From Mobula hypostoma (Eukaryota): 64,000 bases of DNA. The position numbers and the translations under genes are program-made. Below, piece after piece: positions 1-10,711 of the stretch. Below the pieces are notes generated by a model. That model worked only from the letters and a program-made list of their open reading frames with translations. It had not been told where the DNA came from and did no database searches. Within the stretch, counting starts at the first letter, position 1. Each line of letters starts with the position of its first letter. The stretch spans positions 49,292,001 to 49,356,000 of the forward strand of contig NC_086097.1 of the NCBI RefSeq assembly GCF_963921235.1, given 5' to 3'.

Positions 1-315
1 GCCATCAGGTTGGAGGCTACCCAGACGGAATATAAGGTGTTGTCCCTCCAACCTGAGTGTGGCTTCATCTTTACAGTAGAGGAGGCCGTGGACAGACATG
101 TCAGAATGGGAATGGGATGTGGAATTAAAATGTGTGGCCACTGGGGGATCCTCCTTTCTCTGGCAGACAGAGCGTAGATGTTCAGCAAAGCGGCCTCCCA
201 GTCTGCGTCGGGGCTCGCCAATATATAAAAGGCTACATCGGGAGCACCGGACGCAGTATATCACCCCAGCCGACTCACAGGTGAAGTGTTGCCTCACCTG
301 GAAGGACTGTTTGGG
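1..315 (-). mobile_element. Penelope-like element fragment (GIY-YIG region), inverted arm running off the window start
   Basis: Near-identical reverse complement of ~844-1158; minus strand encodes the GIY-YIG region (VIYCVRCSRC..LYIGE, HLIFRLGSLQPDG). Confidence 0.9.
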
Positions 316-324
316 AAGGACTGT

Positions 325-1188
325 CTGACTCTCACAGCTATCTGGACTATTCCTCTTCTCACCCTGTCTCTTGCAAAAACGCCATCCCCTTCTCGCAATT
401 CCTCCGTCTCTGCCGCATCTGCTCTCAGGAGGAGGCTTTTCATTCTAGGACGAGGGAGATGTCTTCCTTTTTTAAAGAAAGGGGCTTCCCTTCCTCCACT
501 ATCAACTCTGCTCTTAAACGCATCTCCCCCATTTCATGTACATCTGCTCTCACTCCATCCTCCTGCCACCCCACTAGGAATAGGGTTCCCCTGGTCCTCA
601 CCTACCACCCCACCAGCCTCCGGGTCCAACATATTATTCTCCGTAACTTCCGCCACCTCCAACGGGATCCCACCACTAAGCACATCTTTCCCTCCCCCCC
701 TCTCTCTGCATTCCCTACGCAACTCCCTTGTCCATTCGTCCCCCCCATCCCTCCCCACTGATCTCCCTCCTGGCACTTATCCGTGTAAGCGGAACAAGTG
801 CTACACATGCCCTTACACTTCCTCCCTTACCACCATTCAGGGCCCCAAACAGTCCTTCCAGGTGAGGCAACACTTCACCTGTGAGTCGACTGGGGTGATA
901 TACTGCGTCCGGTGCTCCCGATGTGGCCTTTTATATATTGGCGAGACCCGACGCAGAATGGGAGACCGCTTTGCTGAACGTCTACGCTCTGTCCGCCAGA
1001 GAAAGCAGGATCTCCCAGTGGCCACACATTTTAATTCCACATCTCATTCCCACTCTGACATGTCTATCCACGGCCTCCTCTACTGTAGAGATGAAGCCAC
1101 ACTCAGGTTGGAGGAACAACACCTTATATTCCGTCTGGGTAGCCTCCAACCTGATGGCATGAACATTGACTTCTCTAACTTCCGCTAG
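325..1188 (+). pseudogene. Frameshifted Penelope ORF remnant with GIY-YIG endonuclease
   Basis: GVIYCVRCSRCGLLYIGET..RFAE, LEEQHLIFRLGSLQPDGMN in ORF 286..1188; upstream parts lie in other frames (e.g. 459..761). Confidence 0.88.
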
Positions 1189-1479
1189 GACCCACCTCCC
1201 CCTCGTACCCCAGCTGTTACTCCTTTTTATGCACACATTCTTTCTCTCACTCTCCTTTTTCTCCCTCTGTCCCTCTGAATATACCTCTTGCCCATCCTCT
1301 GGGTCACCCCCCCCCGTCTTTCTCCCTAGGCCTCCTGTCCCATGATCCTCTCGTATCCCCTTTTGCCTATCACCTGTCCAGCTCTCGGCTCTATCCCTCC
1401 CCCTCCTGTCTTCTCCTATCATTTTGCATCTCCCCCTCCCCCTCCAGCTTTCAAATCCCTTACTCACTCTTCCTTCAGT

Positions 1480-1517
1480 TAGTCCTGACGAAGGGTCTCG
1501 GCCTGAAACGTCGACTG
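1480..1517 (+). ncRNA. Minimal type I hammerhead ribozyme in Penelope 3' repeat
   Basis: UAGUC-CUGACGA-AGG(GUCUCGG)CCU-GAAA-CG-UC/GACUG: both core boxes present, stem I UAGUC/GACUG, stem II AGG/CCU, palindromic ACGU in place of stem III, predicted cleavage after C1512. Confidence 0.85.
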
Positions 1518-1814
1518 CGCCTCTTCCTATAGATGCTGCTTGGCCTGCTGCGTTCACCAGCAACTTTGATGTATGTTGCTAGAAGTGCATTCACAAGTTT
1601 TCATCCCACCTACACTATGTGTGAAACTTCTCCTCTGGACTTGTTATCCCAATGATTGGGCAATTCTCAGTTGTTCCTTACACATCTACAATCAAGGCAA
1701 GAATTGTTTTGAAAAAATGCACAGAAAGCAATCTCCCGTCAATAACACTGAAAGCACTATATTGCAGCAGAATCATATTGAAAGTCCACCTCTAAAATCA
1801 GGAGCAGAACACAA

Positions 1815-2008
1815 ACAAGAGAAAATCTGCAGATGCTGGAAATCCAAGCAACACACAGAAAATGCTGGAGGAACTCAGCAGGCCAGGCAGCATCAAAGTA
1901 CAGCTGACGTTTCGGCCCGAGACCTTTCTCAGTCCAAAACGTCGACTGTACTCTTTTTCCATAGATGCTGCCTGGCCTGCTGTGTTCCTCCAGCATTTTC
2001 TGTATGTT
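1815..2008. mobile_element. Penelope-derived fold-back mini-element
   Basis: 1848-1894 is nearly the reverse complement of 1964-2010; half-hammerheads in the centre; 11-bp TSD GCAGAACACAA at 1804-1814 and 2009-2019. Confidence 0.85.
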
Positions 2009-3083
2009 GCAGAACACAATACAGTACAATTAGCCCTAACGACCGGGAATTAACCTACACATAAAGACTGAGAAGTACAAAGGTGTTTTTTAAATAAATG
2101 AACACTATAAAACAGAGCCAATGGATTGTTAAAGTAAGACATTTTTCTGGACCATTAAAAGAGTAAACAGTAAATGTTTACATTTGAAAGAATGATAGCG
2201 GGATTTTCTAGCACATCAGTTGCCTGCAATGCAATCAGGTTTTCACTTTTGTTAAAGGAAAGCTTGTGCTAATGAACATAATATGCTCATGCAGTGCCTT
2301 CTTAGCTAAACACATAATGAAATCCTACTTCAAATGAGCCAGAAAAATTTAGAACATTTATAACGAACAATGACTGAATGCCACGGAATCTGTCAGTGAT
2401 GAATGCATAGCCACGTAAATTCCCTTTTGTTTCTTCATCTCAGGAGACCACAGTCCTATTTCTGCCTACTTGCTTTTCTAAGGCATTGGAGATGGAATGT
2501 ACCCACCCCAATCACTGCCACTACTGAAAAGCCAAGTTGTGGCTCTTGGCCCTCAAATAGTGGCTGAAGGTGAGAAAGTCCTGCTTTCAAAGTTCTTACC
2601 ATGCTGGGACTTTGGACTGATCCAGGTTGTATGCATGGTTTCCTGAGTAGCCTCAGGATTCTAATATACAGACCAGATTGGATAACTTGTGTTTTAGAAT
2701 ATTGCTCCCTATAGCCACAATTCAAATTTAGTGTACAGCACAGTACAGGCCCTTTGACCCACGTTGTTGTTTCAACATTTTAACCTGCTCTAAGATCAAT
2801 CTAACCCCGCCCTCCCACATAGTACTCCATTTTTCTTTCATGCTTGTGTCAATCTAAGATTCTCTTAAATGTCCTTGATGTAATAGCCTCCACCACCACC
2901 CCAACCAGCATGTTCCATGCATCCTTAAATCTCCGTGGGAAAAAACCCTACATCTAATATTCCCGACACTTTCGTCCAAACACCTTAAAATTATGCCCCG
3001 CGCCCACCATATTACCCATTTCTGCCTTGGGTAAGAGTCTCTGGCTGTCCTCTCTATCAATTACTTTTATATCTTATGCACCT

Positions 3084-3666
3084 CAGGTATATATATGCAG
3101 GTATGGCCGCAGCAGCCATTACTGGAGAGGATTTGCAGCCGGACTAAACCTTTCGTTCAGATTAAGTGGTGGGGCCCCGTCCCGAGAGCAGATAATGAAC
3201 CAATCTTTGGCTGAATTAAGCACCATCAGATTAAAAAGATTAGACGTCGAAGCCAAGAGCAGAGAACGATCTAGTGTTCAGCTCACTACTCCATGAGGCT
3301 TTACTCACATCAGTGCTGAACTGACTCAGCAGCTGTGGCCTGCAGCCATCAGCACTTGCCTCAGGACTCTATCTGGCTCCATGTCTGAGGCCTGCAACCG
3401 TTGGGCTGCAACCCTGAATCAGCTCAGTGGCTGTGTACTTACTTTCGGGGACCCTGCAGTTCATGTTCTGCGGGCTGCTTGCTTGCTTTTTTTTTTGTTG
3501 TTATTTGCATGATTTGATCTTCCTTTTTCGCACATTGGACTGTGTTTGTGGTGTGGGCTTTTCCTGAATTCTGTTGTGATTCTTTGTTTAGTGGCTGCCT
3601 ACAAGAAGATGAATCTTGAGCTTGTATATCGTCTTCTTATTTTGATAATAAATGTACTTTGAACCT
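3084..3666 (+). mobile_element. Non-autonomous retroposon with Rex1-like 3' tail
   Basis: Interrupts CR1; ends in GAAGATGAATCT...AATAAATGTACTTTGAAC, a tail also seen at ~37630-37698 and ~41115-41183. Confidence 0.6.
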
Positions 3667-4697
3667 TTATTCGATCACCTCTCTTCCTCCTTCATCCAAA
3701 GAGAAAAGCCCTAGCTCACTGAACCTATCTTCATACGACATGCTCTCTAATCCAGGCAGCATCCTGGTAAATCTGCTGTGCACCTTCTCTAAAGCCTCCA
3801 CATCCTTCCTATATGAGGTGACCAGAATTAAACTCAATACTCCAAGTGCGGTCTAACCAGAGTTTTAGGACTGTAATATTACCTCACAGCTTTTGAACTT
3901 GATCCCTCAACTAATGAAGACAAATACACCATATACCTTGTTAATAACACTATCAAGTTGAGTGGCAACTTTGAGGGATCTATGGATTAGACCCCAAGAT
4001 CCCTCTATTCCTCAACACTACCAAGAACTCTGCCATTAATTCTGTATTCTCCTTCAAATTCGACTTCCAAAGTGCATCACTTCACACTTTTTCCAGGTTG
4101 AACTTCATTCGTCTCTTCTCAGCCCAGCTCTGAGTCCTATCAATGTCATGTTGTAACCTACAGCATTTACAACACTACGAACCTTCAGGACATCTGCAAA
4201 ATTACTGATGCTCACATCCATTTCTTCATCCAAAAAGTCACACAGAGCAGGGATTCCGGAACAGATCCCTGTGGAACACCGCAGGTCACCGACCTCCAGG
4301 CAGAATACACTCCATCCATTACGACTTTCTGCCTTCTTTGAGCAAACCAATTCTGAATCCACACAGCCTAGTTTCCAGTACAAGATCCCGAATGCCTTCT
4401 CCCCTGGGTGGCTAGTCTACATATTGTATCAGGAATTCTCATGGGCACACCTAACAAATTCTACCCCATCTAAAATATTTGTACTAAGGAGGTGCCAATC
4501 AATATTAGGGAAGTTAAAATCAACCATGACAACAGCTCTGTTATTTTTGCACTTTTCAGAATCTGCCTCCTGATCTGCTCCTCAGTGTCTCTGTTGCTTT
4601 TTTTTGGATTGGGGGATGGTGGTGTCTACAGAATATTCCTAGCAGAGTAATTGCTCTTTCTGACATCCTCCCACACTGACTTTAAACAATCCCTTTT

Positions 4698-5558
4698 CAA
4701 ATCAAATCTAGTTTAATTATCATTTAAATCATACACACATACAGCTGAACGAAACAGCATTCCTCTGGGGCCAAGGTACAAAACCTTCAAAGTAGCAAGC
4801 ATTCAAAAACAGTGAGTAACATAATTCAAAATATCGAGCAAAGAAGCATATTCACTCGAAATAAAAACATATATAGTCCAAGATCCTGAGTGACAATGTC
4901 CAGCAATCGATGGTACAGTCTCCCAGCAGTGTACAGACACACGCAATGCAGCCTGTCATTTCACTGCTCAAACACAGGAGGGCAGCACCGGCTGGAGAGG
5001 CCAGGCCCCGGTTGGGCTCAACCATATTGTGGCACTTCCACATCTTCTCACCTGGTCTGCAGCAGCAGGAAAGCCCGAGGCTTGAAGTCTAGTTCTCGCT
5101 AATGTCCCTCCATCACACAAGGGTGTCAGGCCTGTGGTAACTTACATTGACACCGCGATCACAAGTGAAATGTCCGAGACAATCTCCCATGGTTATACTG
5201 CACCAACTTTGATGCTTCCATGTAGTGGGCAGCAATACAGTCTGCAGCCAGATCTCTTCTGTACCCAAACTGGCTCCTCCGATACATTGGCAGACTCCTC
5301 TGATATCCTGACCAGCTCCTACGATAAACCGACCAGCTCCTCCGACATACCGACCGGCTCCTTCAACATCTCGGCTAGCTCTGCCACCAACACCAGTCTG
5401 ACTACTCCGATCAACAAGCAGCTCTCCGATGGAGTAACCTTGCAGTACCTGATGTTCTTGGAGTAGAATTGTCTTTGGATCGTAAAAAACAAATTTTACA
5501 AAGAAAAAACAGCACCTTTGGTTGGTCGCTGTGTTCACACGTGTCACCATCTTATTGG
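4698..5558 (-). mobile_element. Non-autonomous retroposon (5' AAGATGG start, (TTTGA)n-type tail) with internal 21-bp tandem repeat
   Basis: Tail CAAATCAAATCTAGTTTAATT at 4698; minus-strand 5' end AATAAGATGGTGAC; CR1 sequence resumes on both sides. Confidence 0.6.
5270..5390. repeat. Degenerate 21-bp tandem repeat (about 5-6 units)
   Basis: Units like CCAGCTCCTCCGACATACCGA. Confidence 0.7.
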
Positions 5559-5829
5559 AAGATAACCTTCATGATGTCCTCTCTTTTTGCAGCTGTGATA
5601 CTAATCCCTGATTAACAGTGTCACTTCCCACCTCTTTTACCTCCGTCCCTGTCCCTTTTAAAATCTGAACACAAGAATAACTATCAGCCATTCCCGCCCC
5701 TGCGACAGACAATTCTCTGTAATACCCACAAATTCGTAGTTCCATGTATTGATGCATGCTCTAAGTTCATCACCCTTGTTCCTATGACTTCTTGCATTAA
5801 AGTAGACACATTTCAACCCAACTGTCTGA

Positions 5830-6704
5830 GGCTACGTCCACACTAAACCGGATAAGTCCGTAACCAAAGCTTTTTCTCTTCATTTTGACCCTCTGCCCAC
5901 GCCGAAACGGTGTTTTCCTCCCCCGAAAACCCAGATTTCCAGAAACGCTCTCCAGAGTGAATAAATCTGAAAATGCTTAATATCTGGCATAGTGTGTATG
6001 GGGTAACTGGCTGATTTTAAAACCGCTGTCATGATGTGCCAGAACAAATGGTGGCGTCAGCGTGGCATTTCATTGTTTTCTTGAACGCAACCTCCAACAC
6101 CATAACAATATCTGACAATAGATGTGTAACATCCTAATGTAACATTGTATGGAAATACAAGATAACACTGATGCAGACGTTTTATACATTTAACAAGGTG
6201 CTTTATTAATGTATTGCTTGTGCAAACATTCAATAGATGCAATTGTCACTTTTGCCCAGTAACTCATTTTATTGAACATGTTAAATACAGCAAAATAATA
6301 CACAAAGATATGGCAAAGGTAAAGGCAAACAAATGAGGTAACAGCAAATTTCACTTTTGCCCAGTAACAAGCCTTATTGCGTTTAGTTGTAGCTGTTGTC
6401 CCTTTCATCGATGAAGAGACTATGGCTGTAGGAAATGTTTCTAGACAAACGCGCACCAAGTCTTTCGTTTGGCAATTTCCTTTTAAGCTTTTCTAGTCTG
6501 CAACTGGACAAACGTGCACCAAGTATATCGTTTCCTCTTCGCTTGTTTTCTGTGTGTCCTGCGCATGCCCAGTAGGAGGAGATTCACCCAAATATCCGTT
6601 TTAATGTGGACAGAGGTATCTTTAAAAACGCCTAGTGTGGATGCCTGTCGTTTTTACGTGAAACCGGCGTTTTCAAAATTATACAGTCTAGTGTGGACGT
6701 AGCC
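5830..6704. mobile_element. PIF/Harbinger-type non-autonomous DNA transposon
   Basis: 16-bp perfect TIR GGCTACGTCCACACTA / TAGTGTGGACGTAGCC; 3-bp TSD TGA at 5827-5829 and 6705-6707; no recognisable transposase. Confidence 0.88.
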
Positions 6705-7477
6705 TGACTGTCACTATGTTCTATCCATTGCCTATCCTTCCTCACAGTCTCTCTACACTCTGCATCTACTTTTACACCTACTGTCCCATCCTCTGATCTA
6801 TCACTCTAGTTCCCAACCCCCTCCCCAACAGCTCTAGCAAACCTGCCCGCAAGGATATTCGTCCCCCTCTGTTATTAAACTGCTGATTCCATGTATGGAT
6901 TTACATGGTTATAAATTTTTAAACTGTGGTGTTTTATTGCCACACACAAAGTACCAAGTTTTGCCTGGACAAAGAAAGAATTTCATCATCATAACCTTAG
7001 TGTGCTCAGTTAACCAAGTTAAAACATAATTCATTAGAGCACGAACATGAATATTGGCCATAATTTAGCACTTTTACTGACAATCCTGTGTGAGGTGATA
7101 ATGTCTTTACATTATCATTCTCTGTAATGCATCCAGAGAAAAGCTTTATTACTGGCATATATTTAATCAATTTGATATTTCAGATATTAGATTCAATTCA
7201 AATACCATTCAGCATCAAGCTAAAAGAATCAATTAGCCCTAATGAATGTACTTTCTCATTTTATATTTGCTCATGGTTGGTGTTTTCTTCACAAAGCCAC
7301 TGATTTCCCTCTCAAGACAGACCATGTTTTTGCCAGTTCTACCACCATGCCTATGAATGTTTTCCAAATTTCCAGTGTCCTTCCAAAATAATCCATTATT
7401 TTCCTACATAAAGTATTTTGCACTGTAAAAAAAATTAAGCTGCAATTTTGATGTAAAGCAATATGTATACAGTTACA

Positions 7478-7625
7478 AACACAAAATACTCTGCAGATGC
7501 TGGGGTCAAAGCAACACGCACAACACGCTGGAGGAACTCAGCTGGTCGGGCAGCATCCGTGGAAACGTTGACTGTTCATTTCCACAGATGCTGCCCAACC
7601 TGCTGAGTTCCTCCAGCATATGGTG
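7478..7625. mobile_element. Penelope-derived fold-back mini-element
   Basis: Arms GCTGGAGGAACTCAGCTGGTCGGGCAGCATCCGTGGAAA / TTTCCACAGATGCTGCCCAACCTGCTGAGTTCCTCCAGC; 16-bp TSD with 2 mismatches at 7462-7477 and 7626-7641. Confidence 0.82.
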
Positions 7626-8635
7626 TATATATACAATTACATTTCTATTTATGGTTAGTATGAAAATTCAGCACAGAAATCCCAATCCCTTGAGCCTGGA
7701 TTTAAGATGTACTGTAAAATATAAATATTCAAAGGGCAGTCATAAAGACTGCCTTTTTTCCTCTTATGTTAAATGAAAGATTTTTAACTACATGGCTAGT
7801 TTTGTGTTGGCATCTTTTAACAATTGACAAACTAGCACCTGTATACTGTATATTAATATGCATAACTCCTTTCAAAGTCAGTGTTATTGTGGACTTGGAA
7901 AATCTCATCAATTCTTTGTTTTGAAGGCTATCTTGAGAAAACTAACTTGCAAATAAATGTCATAATATGAAATCAGCTAAATACTGAAGGTATTTTCAAC
8001 AGTTCAACAGTCTCTCATGGCAACTTTGCTATTGTGAGCTAAAACTCCTGAGCTATCATTTATCACAAGAGTCTCCCTGTTCCAGCTGTACATCATTCTC
8101 TCTAATGAACTAAACAACTGCACAAAAAGCATCATCAACATGAGAGGGAAATAAAAAAAAACACACTAGTCAATGAGCAGATATTTGTATTGGTGGGAAA
8201 TAGGCATTAAATTAAATCGAGTGGGTTCAATGAACATTTTTTACTTGAAAACATTTTATCTTTTAAATATTATAATATACCTTCTATATACACATTTTAA
8301 TTTTACGCTTCTTACAGTTTATCTTGAAAAAAATATTAACAGAACTTGAAGCCAGTCCAAAATTCTGAATTCCTGATCAGGACTCATCTTCCAATATTTC
8401 ATGTGTAACTCTGAAACATCTGTTAATTAAATGTTATGCAAAAGATTGTGACACTTAGTGGTTTTGAATGAAACTTCCAGCTGTTAGCTGTTTAAACAAC
8501 AGAGGTCCCAGATTCATATACTGAGACCATCAAGCAAGGTTAAACTTATCAAAGAATTGTCATTGTGAATCTCTTGCTTTGTTTAGGAAGCACACCGCAT
8601 ACAAAGCTCCCATTTCCACTGCGTTACATTGCAGA

Positions 8636-8801
8636 GTAAAAAATACAAACTGCCGGAGGGTCTTAACACGTCAGGCAGTATCTGGAAAGGCAAAAAATAC
8701 CCGTGCCTCCACAAATGCTACTTGACCACCCACCCCACCTGAGTTGTTCCAGCAATTGTTTTGTTTTGCTTCAGATCACAGCATCTGCAGTCTCTTCACA
8801 C
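8636..8801. mobile_element. Older Penelope-derived fold-back mini-element
   Basis: Degenerate arms ending CAGCATCTGCAG; 10-bp TSD ACATTGCAGA/ACGTTGCAGA at 8626-8635 and 8802-8811. Confidence 0.6.
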
Positions 8802-9637
8802 ACGTTGCAGAAATCTCCTCAGTTCCTATTTCTTCTCAGGCCTGACACATAATCTGATAGCGACACAGGTGGGCTAATGAACCCAGCAGATCCATATCAA
8901 CATCCGGTAAACTAATCCCATCCTTCCCAGTCCTCTTCTCCAAATTTTCCTGCATCCTTGTAAATTATTCTCTCCCACATGCTCATCTATGGCCACTTTT
9001 GATTCATTTGCCACTTTTCTACATAAGGAGGTCATTCACAACGGCCAATCAACCTAACAGCATGCCTTCTGAATGTGTGAAGAAGTCTCTACAGCCATGT
9101 GAAGCCCATGTAGTCACAGATCAAACATGAAAACATCACATGAACACAACTGAGATCAGGATCAACTTCTGCATTTCCATCAATAGCAATGGGAACTGTT
9201 GGGCGTTGAACCAAATACCAAACGTACTTTACTAAAAACTAATTCATTTTTTAAATAGTTTGCTTTAGTCGTTCTTGCTTTATTTCAAAATAATACAGTA
9301 TTTTGTTTTGAACTTCCACGACTTAAATGCATGTTTGTCAGAGATATCTTAAACTTATTAAAAAATACTCGCAGACAGCAAATCTGGGAATGTTTCAGCA
9401 GGAGACGTTTCCTCAGTACAACACCAGAAACTTTCCCACATGGTCGGTTTCCAAGGTATTTCAGGCCATCAGGATTGGTGCTCCAAATCTAAAGTAGACA
9501 AGGACAAGCACAGCAGAAAATTGGCTGAATTTCCAGGTGAGGAGACTGGTCCAGCAAGTTCTGGCCCAATGATCAATTGATAGTTTGGTTTGACAATCTT
9601 AAAATCAATCAATTAAATAATTCTTTATGAGGCCACC

Positions 9638-10711
9638 AGTCATGGTGAACATTGGCAACGACTGAACCCAGGTGTGGAGGAATGATAGACGCCCATGTAG
9701 TGCCAGACACAAGAGTTTATATGTAGGAATAGCAACAGAACATCAATGCCACAACCCGAGCAACACTGCAAAATGAATCATTATCAACACAAGGATCCTG
9801 CAATGAGTGCTAATTGGGAGTCCACTATAAATAATCACAAAACAACGAAAACTCATGCCCATCAAAATTAATTGACAAGATTAAACAGGAAACACAAGGG
9901 TTTAATGACTCTAGTTAAGACAACAATTAATAAGTACAGGAGACTGATAAACCTAGAAGCCCACTCTACAGGTCGCTGCAGAGGTCCACAGGACTCAGGA
10001 CAGTATATCCCTTGCTTAGGCTAGCACCGGATGGCCCAGGGAACCCTGGGGACCTTGAGATTGGGCTGGTAAACCCAAGACAGACCTGATGCTCTCAAGA
10101 CAGGCCTGGTAAACATGGGAACATTGCATGTATAACTCAGGAACGTAGAATACTATGGCAGACCTAACGAACCTTGGAAAAAGTCTTGAACGTAGACTGG
10201 AGAATCTCGGAACGTAGACTCAGGACATATGGAAAGTAGGCTCTAGGCGTGAAGTGAGTATAGAAGGCATCCTCACTTCCAGCTGACAGACGTCCAAGCC
10301 ACAGTTGTACCTCTTCTGGGTCCATGGTTCAGGGAGTCCTTCTGTCGGGGTAAACGCTGGCAATGGCTGAATTCAGGTGTGGAGGTATACCAGACTCCCA
10401 TGTTGAGATGGAACACAGGAGTTGATACATAGGAATACCAACAGAAAATTGATGGCACGACCAAGCGACAGCATGAAGTGAATCATTCTCAGCACAAGGA
10501 CCCCACACTGAGCACCAATCGGGAGCCTGCTATAAACAATCACAAGAAGCCGTAAACCCGTGCCAGTCACAATAAACTTGACAAGATTAAACAGAAAATA
10601 CAAGGGCTCAATGACTTAAGTTAAGGCAACAATTCATAAATACAGGTGCTGGAGAAACCTAGAAGCCCAATGCTCTACGGACTGCCACAGAGACCCACAG
10701 GGCTCAAGACA
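9638..10711 (-). mobile_element. TRIM-like miniature LTR element (LTRs 9638-10002 and 10343-10711)
   Basis: Two ~365-bp diverged direct repeats with TGTC...GACA termini; 340-bp interior; purine-rich tract next to the 3' LTR; degenerate 5-bp TSD CCACC/TCATC. Confidence 0.78.

Larger units (their letters stand above)
325..1570 (+). mobile_element. Penelope-like element (probably Neptune-type), 5'-truncated: RT C-terminal region/linker, GIY-YIG, 3' repeat
   Basis: Starts with DSHSYLDY..HP..CKNAIPFSQFLR; Cys-rich linker CKRNKCYTC; GIY-YIG motifs; pyrimidine-rich 3' UTR and hammerhead motif. Confidence 0.92.
2729..6870 (-). mobile_element. Degenerate, internally deleted CR1-type LINE interrupted by three younger insertions
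   Basis: CR1 3' tail at 2729-2800 (ACAGCACAGTACAGGCCCTT); RT remnant at 3670-4330 (SNFAD, CSTGICSG region); APE motif VVMVDFNFPNIDW at ~4495-4535; putative ORF1 end near 6830-6870. Confidence 0.75.

Noticed and set aside
982..1563. 193-aa minus-strand ORF and similar short ORFs (5113..5550, 14705..15170, 63492..64000)
   Set aside because: Antisense or low-complexity frames within repeats; no domain motifs.
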